From: a virus
Length of the DNA: 64,000 nt
Reading direction: 5' to 3' (one strand)
Virus record (IMG/VR): IMGVR_UViG_3300033143_008750
Coordinates: 8,566 to 72,565 of that record
Part shown: piece by piece, positions 40,256 through 50,142 of the stretch
Layout of the letters: the number at the start of each line of letters is the position of its first letter
How positions within the stretch are numbered: position 1 is the stretch's first letter
Made by a program: the position numbers and the translations under genes
The notes under the pieces: model-generated
The model's input: only the letters and a program-made list of their open reading frames with translations
The model's database searches: none
What the model was told of the DNA's origin: nothing

Positions 40256-42595
40256 ATGAAACTTGAAACACCGAGTGTACCAGTCGAAATATGCGGCGAA
40301 ATTGCCTCTGGCGACTTTCACATTAAAAACTCCGCAACAGCATTTGCAATTCTGTCTAGCGGTCTGTATTCAAACAAGTATGAAGCGATCTTGCGTGAAC
40401 TAGGTTGTAATGCATACGACAGCCACGTAGAAGCAGGATGTGTAGACAAACAATTCACAGTTCATCTTCCTACAAGGCCCAATCCTATTTTCAGTGTCCG
40501 TGACTATGGCATCGGCCTAGATCACGAACAAGTAATGGGATTGTACACGACGTATTTTGAATCGACTAAGAATAACAGTAATGATTTTGTTGGTTGCATG
40601 GGACTCGGTTCGAAGTCTCCTTTCAGTTACACTAAGAATTTCACAATCACCGCTATCAAAGACGGCATCAAAGGCCAGTACTCAGCATTCATCGGTGAGA
40701 AGGGCGTTCCTGCAATAGTTCAATTGCTTGATGAGAAAACTGACGAGGGCAATGGTGTAGAAATTTCGTTTGCAGTTGAAAATCGCAGCGATATGCGCCA
40801 ATTTCAGCATGAAGCCAAGAAAGTCTACAAATGGTTTCAACTACGACCAGAATTCACTGGTGCTGAACTAGATATTCCTGAATTAGAATATGCAGAAATG
40901 GATATTATTCCAGGAACGCACATGGAAGAATCTCGTGGTTGGAGTAACAAATCAGTTGCTATCATGGGAAATGTAGCATATCCGATTGACGTTCCTGACG
41001 GTGAGGAACTTCCTGAAGGGATTCGTGAACTTATGCATGACAATAGTTTTGCAATCCGCTTCGATATTGGTGAACTTGACATTGCTGCTTCCCGTGAAGA
41101 ATTGAGCTACGTTCCTCACACGATAACAAACCTCATCAAGAAAGGTGAGGAAATTATGGCAGCACTAGAAGTTTATGTTGTCAATAAGATCAAACCAGCC
41201 AAGACAAAGTGGGAGCGTAACATACTTGCTGCTGAATTGATTAACAGCAATGAAAAGTTATTTGGCGGAATCGTAGAGAATTATCTCAGCAAACACAGAG
41301 CGCAGTTCGTCAAAGGAACGAAACGTCAATATAGTCGCTTAGAAATTACTGTTCCAGTTTCCGAAATGGATAAGATCAACGGTATTAAATATACGATGAA
41401 AACTATTCGTAAAAATTACAACGATTATTCAAAGACTCAACTTGTGAATATCAAAACAACTTCACAAGCGAAGCCGAAGCGTCTACAGAAGAATCCTAAG
41501 CTACATGGATACGATTCTCAAAATCGTTGGGAAGTTCATCAAGTCGATGCTAATAAAACTCAGATCATTTTCAATGACGAAAGTGGTAATATCTTAAAGC
41601 GAATCCGTCAAGCATATCTTGATCCTGATTACAAAGACTTGTTCACCAATGCGAATATCCTTATCTTTCAAGCACAGAATAAAGATACTGATAAAAAAGC
41701 CATCCTGAAATTCATTAAATCTCGATTTGGTAAGTCTCCGATTCTGTACGCTTCACAGCTACCGAAAGTATTGACAATCTCTGGCGCGCTAGGAAACACG
41801 AATGTAACTGTACAGCGGTTCATCGGCAAGCGCACAGGCCGCTATGGTCGCGACGAGCATACATTCGATGCTGTCAATGGTAAGATGAAAGATATTCCGC
41901 CAACCATTGAGAAAGGGAAGAAAAAGATATTTTTGTATCTTAAGTTGTCGCACAAGTCAATTTTAAAACCTGATGGCACTGGTAATGTATGGAGTGCAAC
42001 ATCCATGATGGACTTGCTAGATAATAGTGAGATTGCTAAGATCGCAGGTATTAATCTTAACAAAGTCTACGGTGTAAACAAAACGAGTTTGAAAACTGTC
42101 ACCAAAGATAAGCGTTGGGTTAACTTCTTCGATTACATCAACAAAGAATTTGATAAGATCGACTGGAAGACTGCAAGAATTGAAACAGAACACAAAATCA
42201 TTGGTCAGCAGTTCAATGACTCAGATTACCTTCTATCAAAGGTCGATGATTCTACTCTGTTGAAAATGGCTTCGACTAAGACTCCTGTAGGAATCATGTT
42301 CACTCACTGGAATAAGTGGAAGGCATCGACTCCAGCGAAAGCGAAGAAAGGAATCAAGATTGAATATGATCGCCTGATTCGTGTTATGCAAGAATTTTTC
42401 CCGCAAAAAGATTTCACAAAAACATCTGCGAAACTGGATGTGGCAAAGATTGAAAAAAAGTACGAGAAGATTTTTGAAAATGTGAAAAATGCGTATCCAA
42501 TGCTAGATTATCTCACTCTTAGTGAAAACTATCATTCAGATCATCATTGGAGAGATGCACTTAATTATATCAAACTTATTGACAACGCACGATAA
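40256..42595 (+). CDS. rIIA: rIIA protein
   Basis: ILSSGLYSNK..ILRELGCNAYDSH, RDYGIG, GLGSKSPFSY (GHKL-like N-domain); followed by rIIB. Confidence 0.93.
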   Translation: MKLETPSVPVEICGEIASGDFHIKNSATAFAILSSGLYSNKYEAILRELGCNAYDSHVEAGCVDKQFTVHLPTRPNPIFSVRDYGIGLDHEQVMGLYTTYFESTKNNSNDFVGCMGLGSKSPFSYTKNFTITAIKDGIKGQYSAFIGEKGVPAIVQLLDEKTDEGNGVEISFAVENRSDMRQFQHEAKKVYKWFQLRPEFTGAELDIPELEYAEMDIIPGTHMEESRGWSNKSVAIMGNVAYPIDVPDGEELPEGIRELMHDNSFAIRFDIGELDIAASREELSYVPHTITNLIKKGEEIMAALEVYVVNKIKPAKTKWERNILAAELINSNEKLFGGIVENYLSKHRAQFVKGTKRQYSRLEITVPVSEMDKINGIKYTMKTIRKNYNDYSKTQLVNIKTTSQAKPKRLQKNPKLHGYDSQNRWEVHQVDANKTQIIFNDESGNILKRIRQAYLDPDYKDLFTNANILIFQAQNKDTDKKAILKFIKSRFGKSPILYASQLPKVLTISGALGNTNVTVQRFIGKRTGRYGRDEHTFDAVNGKMKDIPPTIEKGKKKIFLYLKLSHKSILKPDGTGNVWSATSMMDLLDNSEIAKIAGINLNKVYGVNKTSLKTVTKDKRWVNFFDYINKEFDKIDWKTARIETEHKIIGQQFNDSDYLLSKVDDSTLLKMASTKTPVGIMFTHWNKWKASTPAKAKKGIKIEYDRLIRVMQEFFPQKDFTKTSAKLDVAKIEKKYEKIFENVKNAYPMLDYLTLSENYHSDHHWRDALNYIKLIDNAR

Positions 42596-42632
42596 TTGTG
42601 CTAACATGTAACAACAACTGAGAGGTACTAAA

Positions 42633-43511
42633 ATGAAATTTCCACATATTTACCAAGGCAATAGCCTGACTATCTTTATCGAAGGGAAGCAGCACACAAT
42701 TAATCGTGAAACGCATCCAAATTTCGATAAGGTTATCGCAGCGATGCGCGATGAGGATTGGGATGTAATTCCAGACCTTGTTGATATGACCCGCGCAATT
42801 GCAAACTTCACTTCCGACAACGGCGACATCGAAGTTAAAAACGGCGATGTTTATTACTTGGGACGGCCTTTTCACAATGCAATGACAGATCGTTTGTTAG
42901 CAATGCTTGAAGAAGGTTTTCCAGTAGATGCTCTCTGTAACTTCCTGTCTCGACTGAAAGAGAATCCGTCGAAACGTGCAGTTGACGAACTTTACGGTTT
43001 TCTTGAGAACAACGATTTGCCGCTGACCGAAGATGGTTACTTTCTTGCGTACAAGAAAGTACGCGAAGATTATACAGATATTCACAGCGGCACGTTCGAT
43101 AACAGCATTGGTCAGACTTGCTCAATGCCTCGCAACGAGGTAAACGAGGACAAAGATCAAACTTGTTCTTCGGGCTTGCATTTCTGCTCACTTGATTATC
43201 TTCCGCATTTCGGCGGACGTTCAGGCTATCGCGTTATGATCCTTCAGATCAATCCGCGTGATGTTGTAAGCATTCCGTCTGACTACAACAACGCTAAGGG
43301 CAGAACTTGCCGTTACGAAGTTGTTGCAGAGCATAATGCTGAGAATCGGGATACGACTTCTGCGTTTAGCTCAGTTGTTGTTTCTGCTAGCTCAGGCGCA
43401 CCGCGGGAAGTTCGTGATTATGGCAACGGTCAGTATCGGTATGTAGATAACGGTTACTACGCTTCACAGGAAGATGTGATGGCGTGGAACGACTATCTAG
43501 ATAACAAGTAA
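42633..43511 (+). CDS. rIIB: rIIB protein
   Basis: NPSKRAVDELYGFL, DGYFLAYKKV, TCSSGLHFC, PRDVVSIPSDY..KGRTC; internal promoter at 42579-42607 in the rIIA end. Confidence 0.93.
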   Translation: MKFPHIYQGNSLTIFIEGKQHTINRETHPNFDKVIAAMRDEDWDVIPDLVDMTRAIANFTSDNGDIEVKNGDVYYLGRPFHNAMTDRLLAMLEEGFPVDALCNFLSRLKENPSKRAVDELYGFLENNDLPLTEDGYFLAYKKVREDYTDIHSGTFDNSIGQTCSMPRNEVNEDKDQTCSSGLHFCSLDYLPHFGGRSGYRVMILQINPRDVVSIPSDYNNAKGRTCRYEVVAEHNAENRDTTSAFSSVVVSASSGAPREVRDYGNGQYRYVDNGYYASQEDVMAWNDYLDNK

Positions 43512-43514
43512 GTA

Positions 43515-43810
43515 CAACGGGATGCGGCTGGCGTCGCAATGATGTGGGTCCTTGCTTCTTCTCAGCGCCAGTCGTATCCTTTTTGAATTTGTGTGATCCG
43601 TTTGGGGATCGGTAGAGCACCTAGACGAAGATTGTGCAGTCACTTCTTGTTAACATTGTTGATATGAATACTGCCAAAATTTGTAAACGACTGGCTCATA
43701 AGTCCAACACTTATGATGAACGTCGGTGGATGGCTATTAGTTTGCTAAATAGTTCAGCTAGGATGGGGACTTCGGGTGGGGAATTCGAGGGCACAGACAC
43801 ATACAAGGCA
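43515..43810 (+). ncRNA. candidate structured RNA between rIIB and clpP
   Basis: 15-bp stem 43519-43533/43566-43580 with G:U pairs plus several further hairpins; strand assumed. Confidence 0.4.
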
Positions 43811-43813
43811 AAT

Positions 43814-44515
43814 ATGGCATATACGAAAAAGATTAAAAAAATAATAGACGATGGCATAATTACTTATATCAACGATTACGGAATAGATCCTGAACATCGC
43901 GAAATCTATCTATTTCCAAGAGAAGAATACATGTACGGCGGCGGCGACGAAGGCCTCGCAGAACCAGGCGTCGAATTCAGTCTCGCAAATCAATTCATCC
44001 GCAACATCAGAATCTTATCAAATATCTCACCTGATCCTATTCTCATACACCTAAAATCTTGTGGTGGAGAATGGCACGAAGGTCTTGCGATGTATCAAGC
44101 AATCAAAGCTTGCAGATGCCACGTAACAATCCTAAACTATGCAAGCGCACGTAGCATGAGCAGCATCATATTCTCAGCAGCAGATCATCGTGCAATGATG
44201 CCATTTTCAACATTTATGATTCACACAGGTACTCTGGTGCTACTCGGCACAGGCACACAAATTCAAACTGAATATGAAGAAGCTAAGAAAGCAGATAAAA
44301 TTATGCTTGATATTTACGTTGACTTACTCAAAGAATCTGAACTAATGAAAAGCTGGACACGTAAACGTATTAACACATGGCTTGTCAAGAAAATGAAAGA
44401 CAAAGAAGAGGTCTACTTCACAGCAGAAGAAGCAGTAGAGCATAATTTTGCAGATACGATCTTCGGCGCCGACGGAACCTACGACTGGAGTGCATTAACT
44501 AATTCCTCCACATAA
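43814..44515 (+). CDS. clpP: ClpP-family protease proteolytic subunit
   Basis: SCGG, ARSMSSII (Ser), FMIH (His), YFTAEEAVEHNFAD; likely start ATG 43814. Confidence 0.85.
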   Translation: MAYTKKIKKIIDDGIITYINDYGIDPEHREIYLFPREEYMYGGGDEGLAEPGVEFSLANQFIRNIRILSNISPDPILIHLKSCGGEWHEGLAMYQAIKACRCHVTILNYASARSMSSIIFSAADHRAMMPFSTFMIHTGTLVLLGTGTQIQTEYEEAKKADKIMLDIYVDLLKESELMKSWTRKRINTWLVKKMKDKEEVYFTAEEAVEHNFADTIFGADGTYDWSALTNSST

Positions 44516-44555
44516 TTGATAAATACAGTTATAACTATAACTGGAGATTTATCAA

Positions 44556-45167
44556 ATGGGCATGGAAGATTTTCTAGGTTCTGTAATAGACGAGAACGAG
44601 AAAGACAACGATAGCACAGACCACTTTGACAAAGCAATACTAATCACGCTGAAACACGAAGGCGGTTTCGTTAATGATCCAGTTGACCCAGGCGGCGCAA
44701 CTAATTGGGGTATGTCCATTCGTTTTCTAAAAGGTGCAGGTGATTCGGATGGCGACGGCTTCGATGATGGTGACCTAGATCACGACGGCGATATTGATGT
44801 TGATGATATTAAGAATATGACTGTTGACCAAGCACGTAAACTCTACCGTACTCATTTTTGGGACAAGTATAACTACGATACAATTTCTGACTTTATTGTA
44901 GCTGCACGTTGTTTCGATATGACAGTCAATATGGGTGCAAAGCAGACAGGCAAAATTGTACAACGCGCATTAAATAACTTGGGTAGCTCACTTAAAGTTG
45001 ACGGCGCGATCGGCAAGAATACGTTTGCAACAATTAACTGCACTAACTCTGAAATGTTGATGGCAGAAATTCGTCAGGAACATGCGCAATTTTACCTAGA
45101 CCTTATAGCAGCCAAACCAAAGTTTGAAAAATACAGAAAAGGTTGGTTACGACGCGCTGCGGCGTAA
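44556..45167 (+). CDS. GH108 endolysin with C-terminal peptidoglycan-binding region
   Basis: HEGGFVNDPVDPGGATNWG, FDMTVNMG, VDGAIGKNT, KGWLRR; late promoter 44518. Confidence 0.92.
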   Translation: MGMEDFLGSVIDENEKDNDSTDHFDKAILITLKHEGGFVNDPVDPGGATNWGMSIRFLKGAGDSDGDGFDDGDLDHDGDIDVDDIKNMTVDQARKLYRTHFWDKYNYDTISDFIVAARCFDMTVNMGAKQTGKIVQRALNNLGSSLKVDGAIGKNTFATINCTNSEMLMAEIRQEHAQFYLDLIAAKPKFEKYRKGWLRRAAA

Positions 45168-45295
45168 GTAATGCAACTGTTTAATCATAGGTGTAACACA
45201 GATAAATAACCTTACATAGAGAAATACTCTGTGAATACAATAAAACTGTGTTACACATTATGGTAAACTCAAAAGAATATACTCAGGAATGAACA

Positions 45296-45859
45296 ATGAA
45301 TAAAGCACTAATCATACTTACAGCATTAATATTAATTCCCTTCACTTCTCTAGCAGGAGAAGTGGAACAGACAGCAATGGACAAACTGTTAGATCAGTAT
45401 GAACTAAAACAGCAAGTAGCTAACGCATCAGCACCATTAGACTTATTATCAGAAAATCGCAGATTAAGAAATGAGATTATTGATCTACGAGTTGAGAAAG
45501 ACGGACTGAGTGAACAAGTATCATACTTGCAAGTTACAATTAACAATATGGTTTCATCAGAAGGTGAACAATCAGGTTGTGACGTTGTAGAATGCGTACC
45601 GTTAGAAGATGTAATGAATGAGAAACTTATTACATACGTTATTACTTCTTTAGGAATGTATAGATTAGCAGAAATACTAGATCAAGCAGCCCCAGTAGAA
45701 AACGTTGAAGCACATACCAAAGCACAGAAAATAATGAAAGGTGTGAAATCAGACTTAGATGTGCTGGGCTTCGATACTTCGAATATGTCAGAAGTTCCTG
45801 AATTAGATGAATTGCTGGAACAGTTAGAAATAACTCAAGGCTCAAGGCTAGCACGATAA
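45296..45859 (+). CDS. signal-peptide coiled-coil protein (possible lysis accessory)
   Basis: late promoter 45201; signal peptide; next to endolysin. Confidence 0.5.
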   Translation: MNKALIILTALILIPFTSLAGEVEQTAMDKLLDQYELKQQVANASAPLDLLSENRRLRNEIIDLRVEKDGLSEQVSYLQVTINNMVSSEGEQSGCDVVECVPLEDVMNEKLITYVITSLGMYRLAEILDQAAPVENVEAHTKAQKIMKGVKSDLDVLGFDTSNMSEVPELDELLEQLEITQGSRLAR

Positions 45860-45897
45860 GTTGCACCACTAAAATATAATCAATTAAGGTGTAAATT

Positions 45898-46290
45898 ATG
45901 GTACCCAAAACAGAAGAAACAAAACTTACGGTAAAGATGCTAGGAATAATAGCAAGTATAATATTAGCGATATTAGGTTCAGTCGCCAGTAGCTTTGTCT
46001 TTGTTGATAATAGATATGTCAACAAAGATATTTATGATGTTCATGTAACACAAAACGATGAAGACTTTGCAGAAATGGATGAGAAAACAGCACTATTAAT
46101 AAGTGCAATGCAGACTCAAAGTGAGCAAGACTTAAATCGTGTTTATAAAGCTATCAAAGACGCATCAGCATTGCCCCTCATTGTTCGACGCGATCTACTA
46201 CAGGCACGAAGAAGTACACTAACTCCCGTAGAAAGTGATGAACTAGAGATTTTGAACACAAAGCTAGATGAACTGAATATAGAACAATAA
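45898..46290 (+). CDS. single-TM protein (holin/spanin candidate)
   Basis: N-terminal TM, helical C-domain, near endolysin. Confidence 0.4.
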   Translation: MVPKTEETKLTVKMLGIIASIILAILGSVASSFVFVDNRYVNKDIYDVHVTQNDEDFAEMDEKTALLISAMQTQSEQDLNRVYKAIKDASALPLIVRRDLLQARRSTLTPVESDELEILNTKLDELNIEQ

Positions 46291-46314
46291 GAACATACAA
46301 CAATCATAAGCTTA

Positions 46315-46336
46315 GGGGCGTTTTCGCCCCTTTTTT
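46315..46336 (+). terminator. intrinsic terminator
   Basis: GGGGCG-TTTT-CGCCCC-TTTTTT. Confidence 0.85.
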
Positions 46337-46375
46337 ACGGTTGACAAGTGGTAAAAGAGGTGCTAAAATATCGTA

Positions 46376-46837
46376 ATGAAAATTGGATTCACAGGAACAC
46401 AGACAGGAATCACTCCTCCGCAGTTTGACTTACTTGTAGAAGTGTTGCAAGAGCTCCACGAAGTCACAGAAGCGCATCACGGAGATTGTCTTGGTGCTGA
46501 TAGAGAATTTTCTATAATTGTTGATTGTATTTTCGGTACCGGTAAGATACATTGTCATCCTCCAGAGGACGGTAAGAAACGAGCATTTTGCAGAGTAGAT
46601 GTAATGTATGAGGCTCTTCCGTTCTTGGTTCGTAATCATAATATCGTAAATAAAACAGATATATTGATTGCTTGCCCGAAAGGAATGAATGAAGAAGTAC
46701 GATCAGGAACATGGGCAACAGTACGATTTGCACGAAAGCAGAAAGGCATCATTGTAATCCTTTGGCCAGATGGTAAATACACATATGAGGAACATAAAAT
46801 TCCTACTTACCCAGATGAGGACGTAGATGAGGATTAA
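46376..46837 (+). CDS. SLOG (DprA/LOG-like) family protein
   Basis: IGFTGT, HHGDCLGAD, RNHNIV..TDILIA, SGTWATVRFA. Confidence 0.8.
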   Translation: MKIGFTGTQTGITPPQFDLLVEVLQELHEVTEAHHGDCLGADREFSIIVDCIFGTGKIHCHPPEDGKKRAFCRVDVMYEALPFLVRNHNIVNKTDILIACPKGMNEEVRSGTWATVRFARKQKGIIVILWPDGKYTYEEHKIPTYPDEDVDED

Positions 46838-47120
46838 AGCAAGAGCAAGCTTAGATCGTTTGAAAACGATGAAAAACAAGAAACGAAAGTTTGTTGCAAC
46901 ATCAGAATTAGATCGTGAGACTTGGATTGAATGTGATGTATCAGAAACAAAAATCGGTCTCAGGAATACAGCGACAACAAATCGCTACATTGAATTGATT
47001 GCATGGACTAACAAAGCAGCAATAGGAAGATACACAAGAGTAGATGGATCGTTTTGGTTTGAAAACGAAAAAGATGCATTTAAATTTAAGTTGAAGTGGG
47101 GCGAACCCGATGGCAAATAA
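46827..47120 (+). CDS. hypothetical protein ending FENEKDAFKFKLKWG
   Basis: coupled ORF. Confidence 0.6.
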   Translation: MRIKARASLDRLKTMKNKKRKFVATSELDRETWIECDVSETKIGLRNTATTNRYIELIAWTNKAAIGRYTRVDGSFWFENEKDAFKFKLKWGEPDGK

Positions 47121-47469
47121 CAGACGACCACAAGCGCCGAAGCGCAGAAATTTTGTAGCGAAGAATGCTAATAAGGTTCATCGTCCGCAGACTTTCCGCG
47201 ACCGTACCAAGTATGATAGGTACGAGGATTATTTGAGCGATCAACTTGACGATTATATTGCTGACATTGAGCCTGTCGGAGATGTAATGAGCAAGGAAGA
47301 ATTTGTAGCAAAAATCTCAGGAGAAGAATACGATCCTGACATGCGCAAAGATTATGAAGATTGGCTTGCCGCACAGAACGATGGCGGTACAGAAACGTGG
47401 GAAGATTACACCGACGATTACACCGATGATGATTTTGCTGACGAAAGATTTGATGATTATGACTACTAA
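47110..47469 (+). CDS. protein with basic ArfA-like N-terminus and very acidic C-terminus
   Basis: RNFVAKN...RPQTFRDRTKYDR then D/E/Y-rich tail. Confidence 0.45.
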   Translation: MANNRRPQAPKRRNFVAKNANKVHRPQTFRDRTKYDRYEDYLSDQLDDYIADIEPVGDVMSKEEFVAKISGEEYDPDMRKDYEDWLAAQNDGGTETWEDYTDDYTDDDFADERFDDYDY

Positions 47470-47795
47470 GCAAAAAATGCTACTGATGTACATGCCGAAT
47501 GGCGGACAAGATGGACAGATGAACGTCTGGTATCAAGGCGATCATAGTCACGTTGAGTTCCGCGGGCGTCCGTACACAGATTGGGATAGCGAATTCACTG
47601 ACGATTGGTTTCAGCGTTCCCATGATGTACTTGAGGGATGGCATTCGTGCGTCCTGCACACAGATCAAACACTAGCGATACTGCCTAATCATCCTGATTA
47701 CGCAGGTCTGGTTTCACTGATGGCTGAGGCACAAACTACTTCCTAAATATCTCCTAAAGTTAGATAAATACTAGCACTATAAGAGGAGATAGTAA

Positions 47796-48332
47796 ATGAC
47801 ATTTATACACATGGGAGCTATGACTGCCGCTGCGGCAGACCAATTCACAGTTTCACTTAACGGTGCTAATATTTCAGCCACTGGCGGATTCGGCTATGAC
47901 TGGGGCTGGTCTTTTAAAACAGACGGGCACGTTGAAGAATATCGTAATGGGTTTACTAATAATATTCACTCCTTAACAGATTGGATTGATCCTAAAATGG
48001 GGTTTACTGCCGCAGATTATGAAGTACGCGGTGGCTTGCAATCAGATTCATCGAGCGAAGCAAAATCTACAACTGGTTCTAATGCGTTTATACCTACTAC
48101 GGTTGGCCTTATTGGTTCTTGGTACGGCCTAGGTATAACTCGCGTTTTCAGGTTCGGAATCGACACATTCCATGATAATGAATTTTCTAATGGATGGATG
48201 CGCTTTGAAATAAGAAACATTACCAATCCAAGCCTCAATACACTATCAAGCGCAGTTGACGCAGCGGCAATCATGGCTGTCGGGGAAACTGCTACAGCAT
48301 ACTACTATAATATCGAAATTGGCTTTGAATAA
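47796..48332 (+). CDS. late hypothetical (probable virion) protein
   Basis: GATAAATA at 47763 and RBS GAGGAG. Confidence 0.6.
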   Translation: MTFIHMGAMTAAAADQFTVSLNGANISATGGFGYDWGWSFKTDGHVEEYRNGFTNNIHSLTDWIDPKMGFTAADYEVRGGLQSDSSSEAKSTTGSNAFIPTTVGLIGSWYGLGITRVFRFGIDTFHDNEFSNGWMRFEIRNITNPSLNTLSSAVDAAAIMAVGETATAYYYNIEIGFE

Positions 48333-48494
48333 GCTAACCTACTGATTATCTCAACAAGTGGAAATGTAGTGGTTGACAAACCGCCTATAGGCGTGTATTA
48401 TACTCATGTAAGCTAAATACTAGTACGAGAAAGGTGGACTTTCTCAAGCAGCAAGGGATTCTTGCAGCAAGCAGACGATACGGAGGGTATCGAA

Positions 48495-49568
48495 GTGAGT
48501 GAAAGAAAATACGATTTAGCCGTGTTCATCGGCCGTATGCAGCCCTTACACAACGGGCATGTACAAAACATCCAAAACGCCCTCGAAATTGCAGACAATG
48601 TTCTGGTTATCGTAGGCTCAGCAAATCAACCCCGTACTCCCAGAAATCCGTTCACGGTAAATGAACGTGCTGAAATGATATATTCAGTTTTCGGCGAAGA
48701 TTGTGACCGTGTACAAGTCGAAGGAGTTGAAGATTATTACCCTGACGCACTCTGGCTCAAAGATGTCCAGACTGTAGCGCACAAGCACATTATCGGCGCG
48801 GATATAGAACACTTTACTGATGCAAAAGTAGCAATTCTCGGCCACGACAAAGATCACACAAGTTTCTATCTGAATGAGTTTCCTACCTGGGATTTCATTG
48901 AGATTGGTCATCGACTTCGACAAGCAAAGTTTCCTAGAATTATTGATGCGACTAACATTCGCAATGCATATTTCGACGGTGATTTCGACCACATTGTCGA
49001 TCAAATTCCAGCAGAAGTTTCTGCCTTCATGCAGAAATTCTACAAAACTCCAAAATACAATATGCTTGTTGAAGAACAAGCATACATCACTCGTTACAAA
49101 GAAGAATGGTCAGCAGCACCTTATGCGCCAACTTTCGTAACGACTGACGCAGTTGTTGTACAAAGCGGCCACGTACTTTTAGTCAAAAGACGCACCGCAC
49201 CTGGAAAAGGTCTTTGGGCACTCCCAGGCGGCTTTTTGAATCAAACTGAACGTTTAGAAGATGGCGTGATTCGCGAGCTACGTGAGGAAACAAAATTGAA
49301 AGTTCCCGTCAAAGTCTTAGAGGGCAGCATACAGCACAAGCACACGACAGTATTTGATGCGCCTAACAGAAGCTTACGGGGCCGCACAATCACAAACGCA
49401 TTTCTCATTGATCTTGCTGCGCAGCCTAAGCTGCCTAAGGTCAAAGGCGCTGACGATGCAGAAGAAGCCAAATGGTTTCCTCTAAATGTAGTTGACGCAA
49501 TGGGAAGTATTCTTTTCGAAGATCACAAGCTAATCATCCAAACGATGGTTGCGAAGTTGGAGAACTAA
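48495..49568 (+). CDS. nadM: bifunctional NMN adenylyltransferase / Nudix ADP-ribose hydrolase (NadM-Nudix, NatV-like)
   Basis: FIGRMQPLHNGH, GSA..RNPF, Nudix box PGGF...RELREET, GADDA, FEDH; GTG 48495 after GGAGG; promoter 48373-48401. Confidence 0.93.
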   Translation: MSERKYDLAVFIGRMQPLHNGHVQNIQNALEIADNVLVIVGSANQPRTPRNPFTVNERAEMIYSVFGEDCDRVQVEGVEDYYPDALWLKDVQTVAHKHIIGADIEHFTDAKVAILGHDKDHTSFYLNEFPTWDFIEIGHRLRQAKFPRIIDATNIRNAYFDGDFDHIVDQIPAEVSAFMQKFYKTPKYNMLVEEQAYITRYKEEWSAAPYAPTFVTTDAVVVQSGHVLLVKRRTAPGKGLWALPGGFLNQTERLEDGVIRELREETKLKVPVKVLEGSIQHKHTTVFDAPNRSLRGRTITNAFLIDLAAQPKLPKVKGADDAEEAKWFPLNVVDAMGSILFEDHKLIIQTMVAKLEN

Positions 49569-49570
49569 TC

Positions 49571-49870
49571 GTGGAATTCGGCGATAAAGTATTTGTAGTA
49601 ACCTCTGATAAAGTTGTTGAAGGAACAATATGTCATCACATTTCTCACAGAGGAGTTGTGACAGGATACTCAGTTCGCAGCGAAGAATTACAGTCATTCC
49701 CAGAGACTACAAATTTTGCAAAGAGAAGCATTTTTGTTGACGAGAAAGACGCGAACAAAGCACTATTCAAGAAAAAATTGAAGGCAGACAAAACAATAGT
49801 AATACCTGCCTCAGACAAAGTAGGTGACAGGCACTGGATAACAGCCCACAAAAGAGGCGCGCACAGATAA
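49571..49870 (+). CDS. SH3-like family C protein (LFKKKLK)
   Basis: GDKVFVV...GTI; similar to the next two ORFs. Confidence 0.6.
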   Translation: MEFGDKVFVVTSDKVVEGTICHHISHRGVVTGYSVRSEELQSFPETTNFAKRSIFVDEKDANKALFKKKLKADKTIVIPASDKVGDRHWITAHKRGAHR

Positions 49871-50142
49871 TGAATAAAGGTGACACAGTATTTGTAATTC
49901 ATCACTCGCAAAACGTTTTTTCTGGCGTACTCGGTGATGAGGTTGACGCAGGAGCACAAGGATTTTATACTCGCTGGGGTTCAGGACACATGATTTATTT
50001 TCGTACAGGGGCCATTTCAGGGCCTGAATCAGTAACAACAAGTCTTTACAGCGATGAAAATATTTTCTGCACAAAGGACGCTGCGAAAAAAGAAATATTT
50101 ATGAGAACCTTACGCTGGCCACGATTGAGAAATATAGCATGA
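49870..50142 (+). CDS. SH3-like family C protein (IFMRTLR)
   Basis: GDTVFVI...NIFCTKDAAKKEIF. Confidence 0.6.
   Translation: MNKGDTVFVIHHSQNVFSGVLGDEVDAGAQGFYTRWGSGHMIYFRTGAISGPESVTTSLYSDENIFCTKDAAKKEIFMRTLRWPRLRNIA

Noticed and set aside
43634-43813. 60-aa N-terminal extension of ClpP from GTG 43634
   Set aside because: No RBS, no ClpP-like sequence and strong RNA-like hairpins. ATG 43814 is the more plausible start, though this is not proven.
45296-46290. Definite holin/spanin assignment
   Set aside because: Supported only by topology and proximity to the endolysin; no embedded o-spanin lipoprotein or family motif was recognised.
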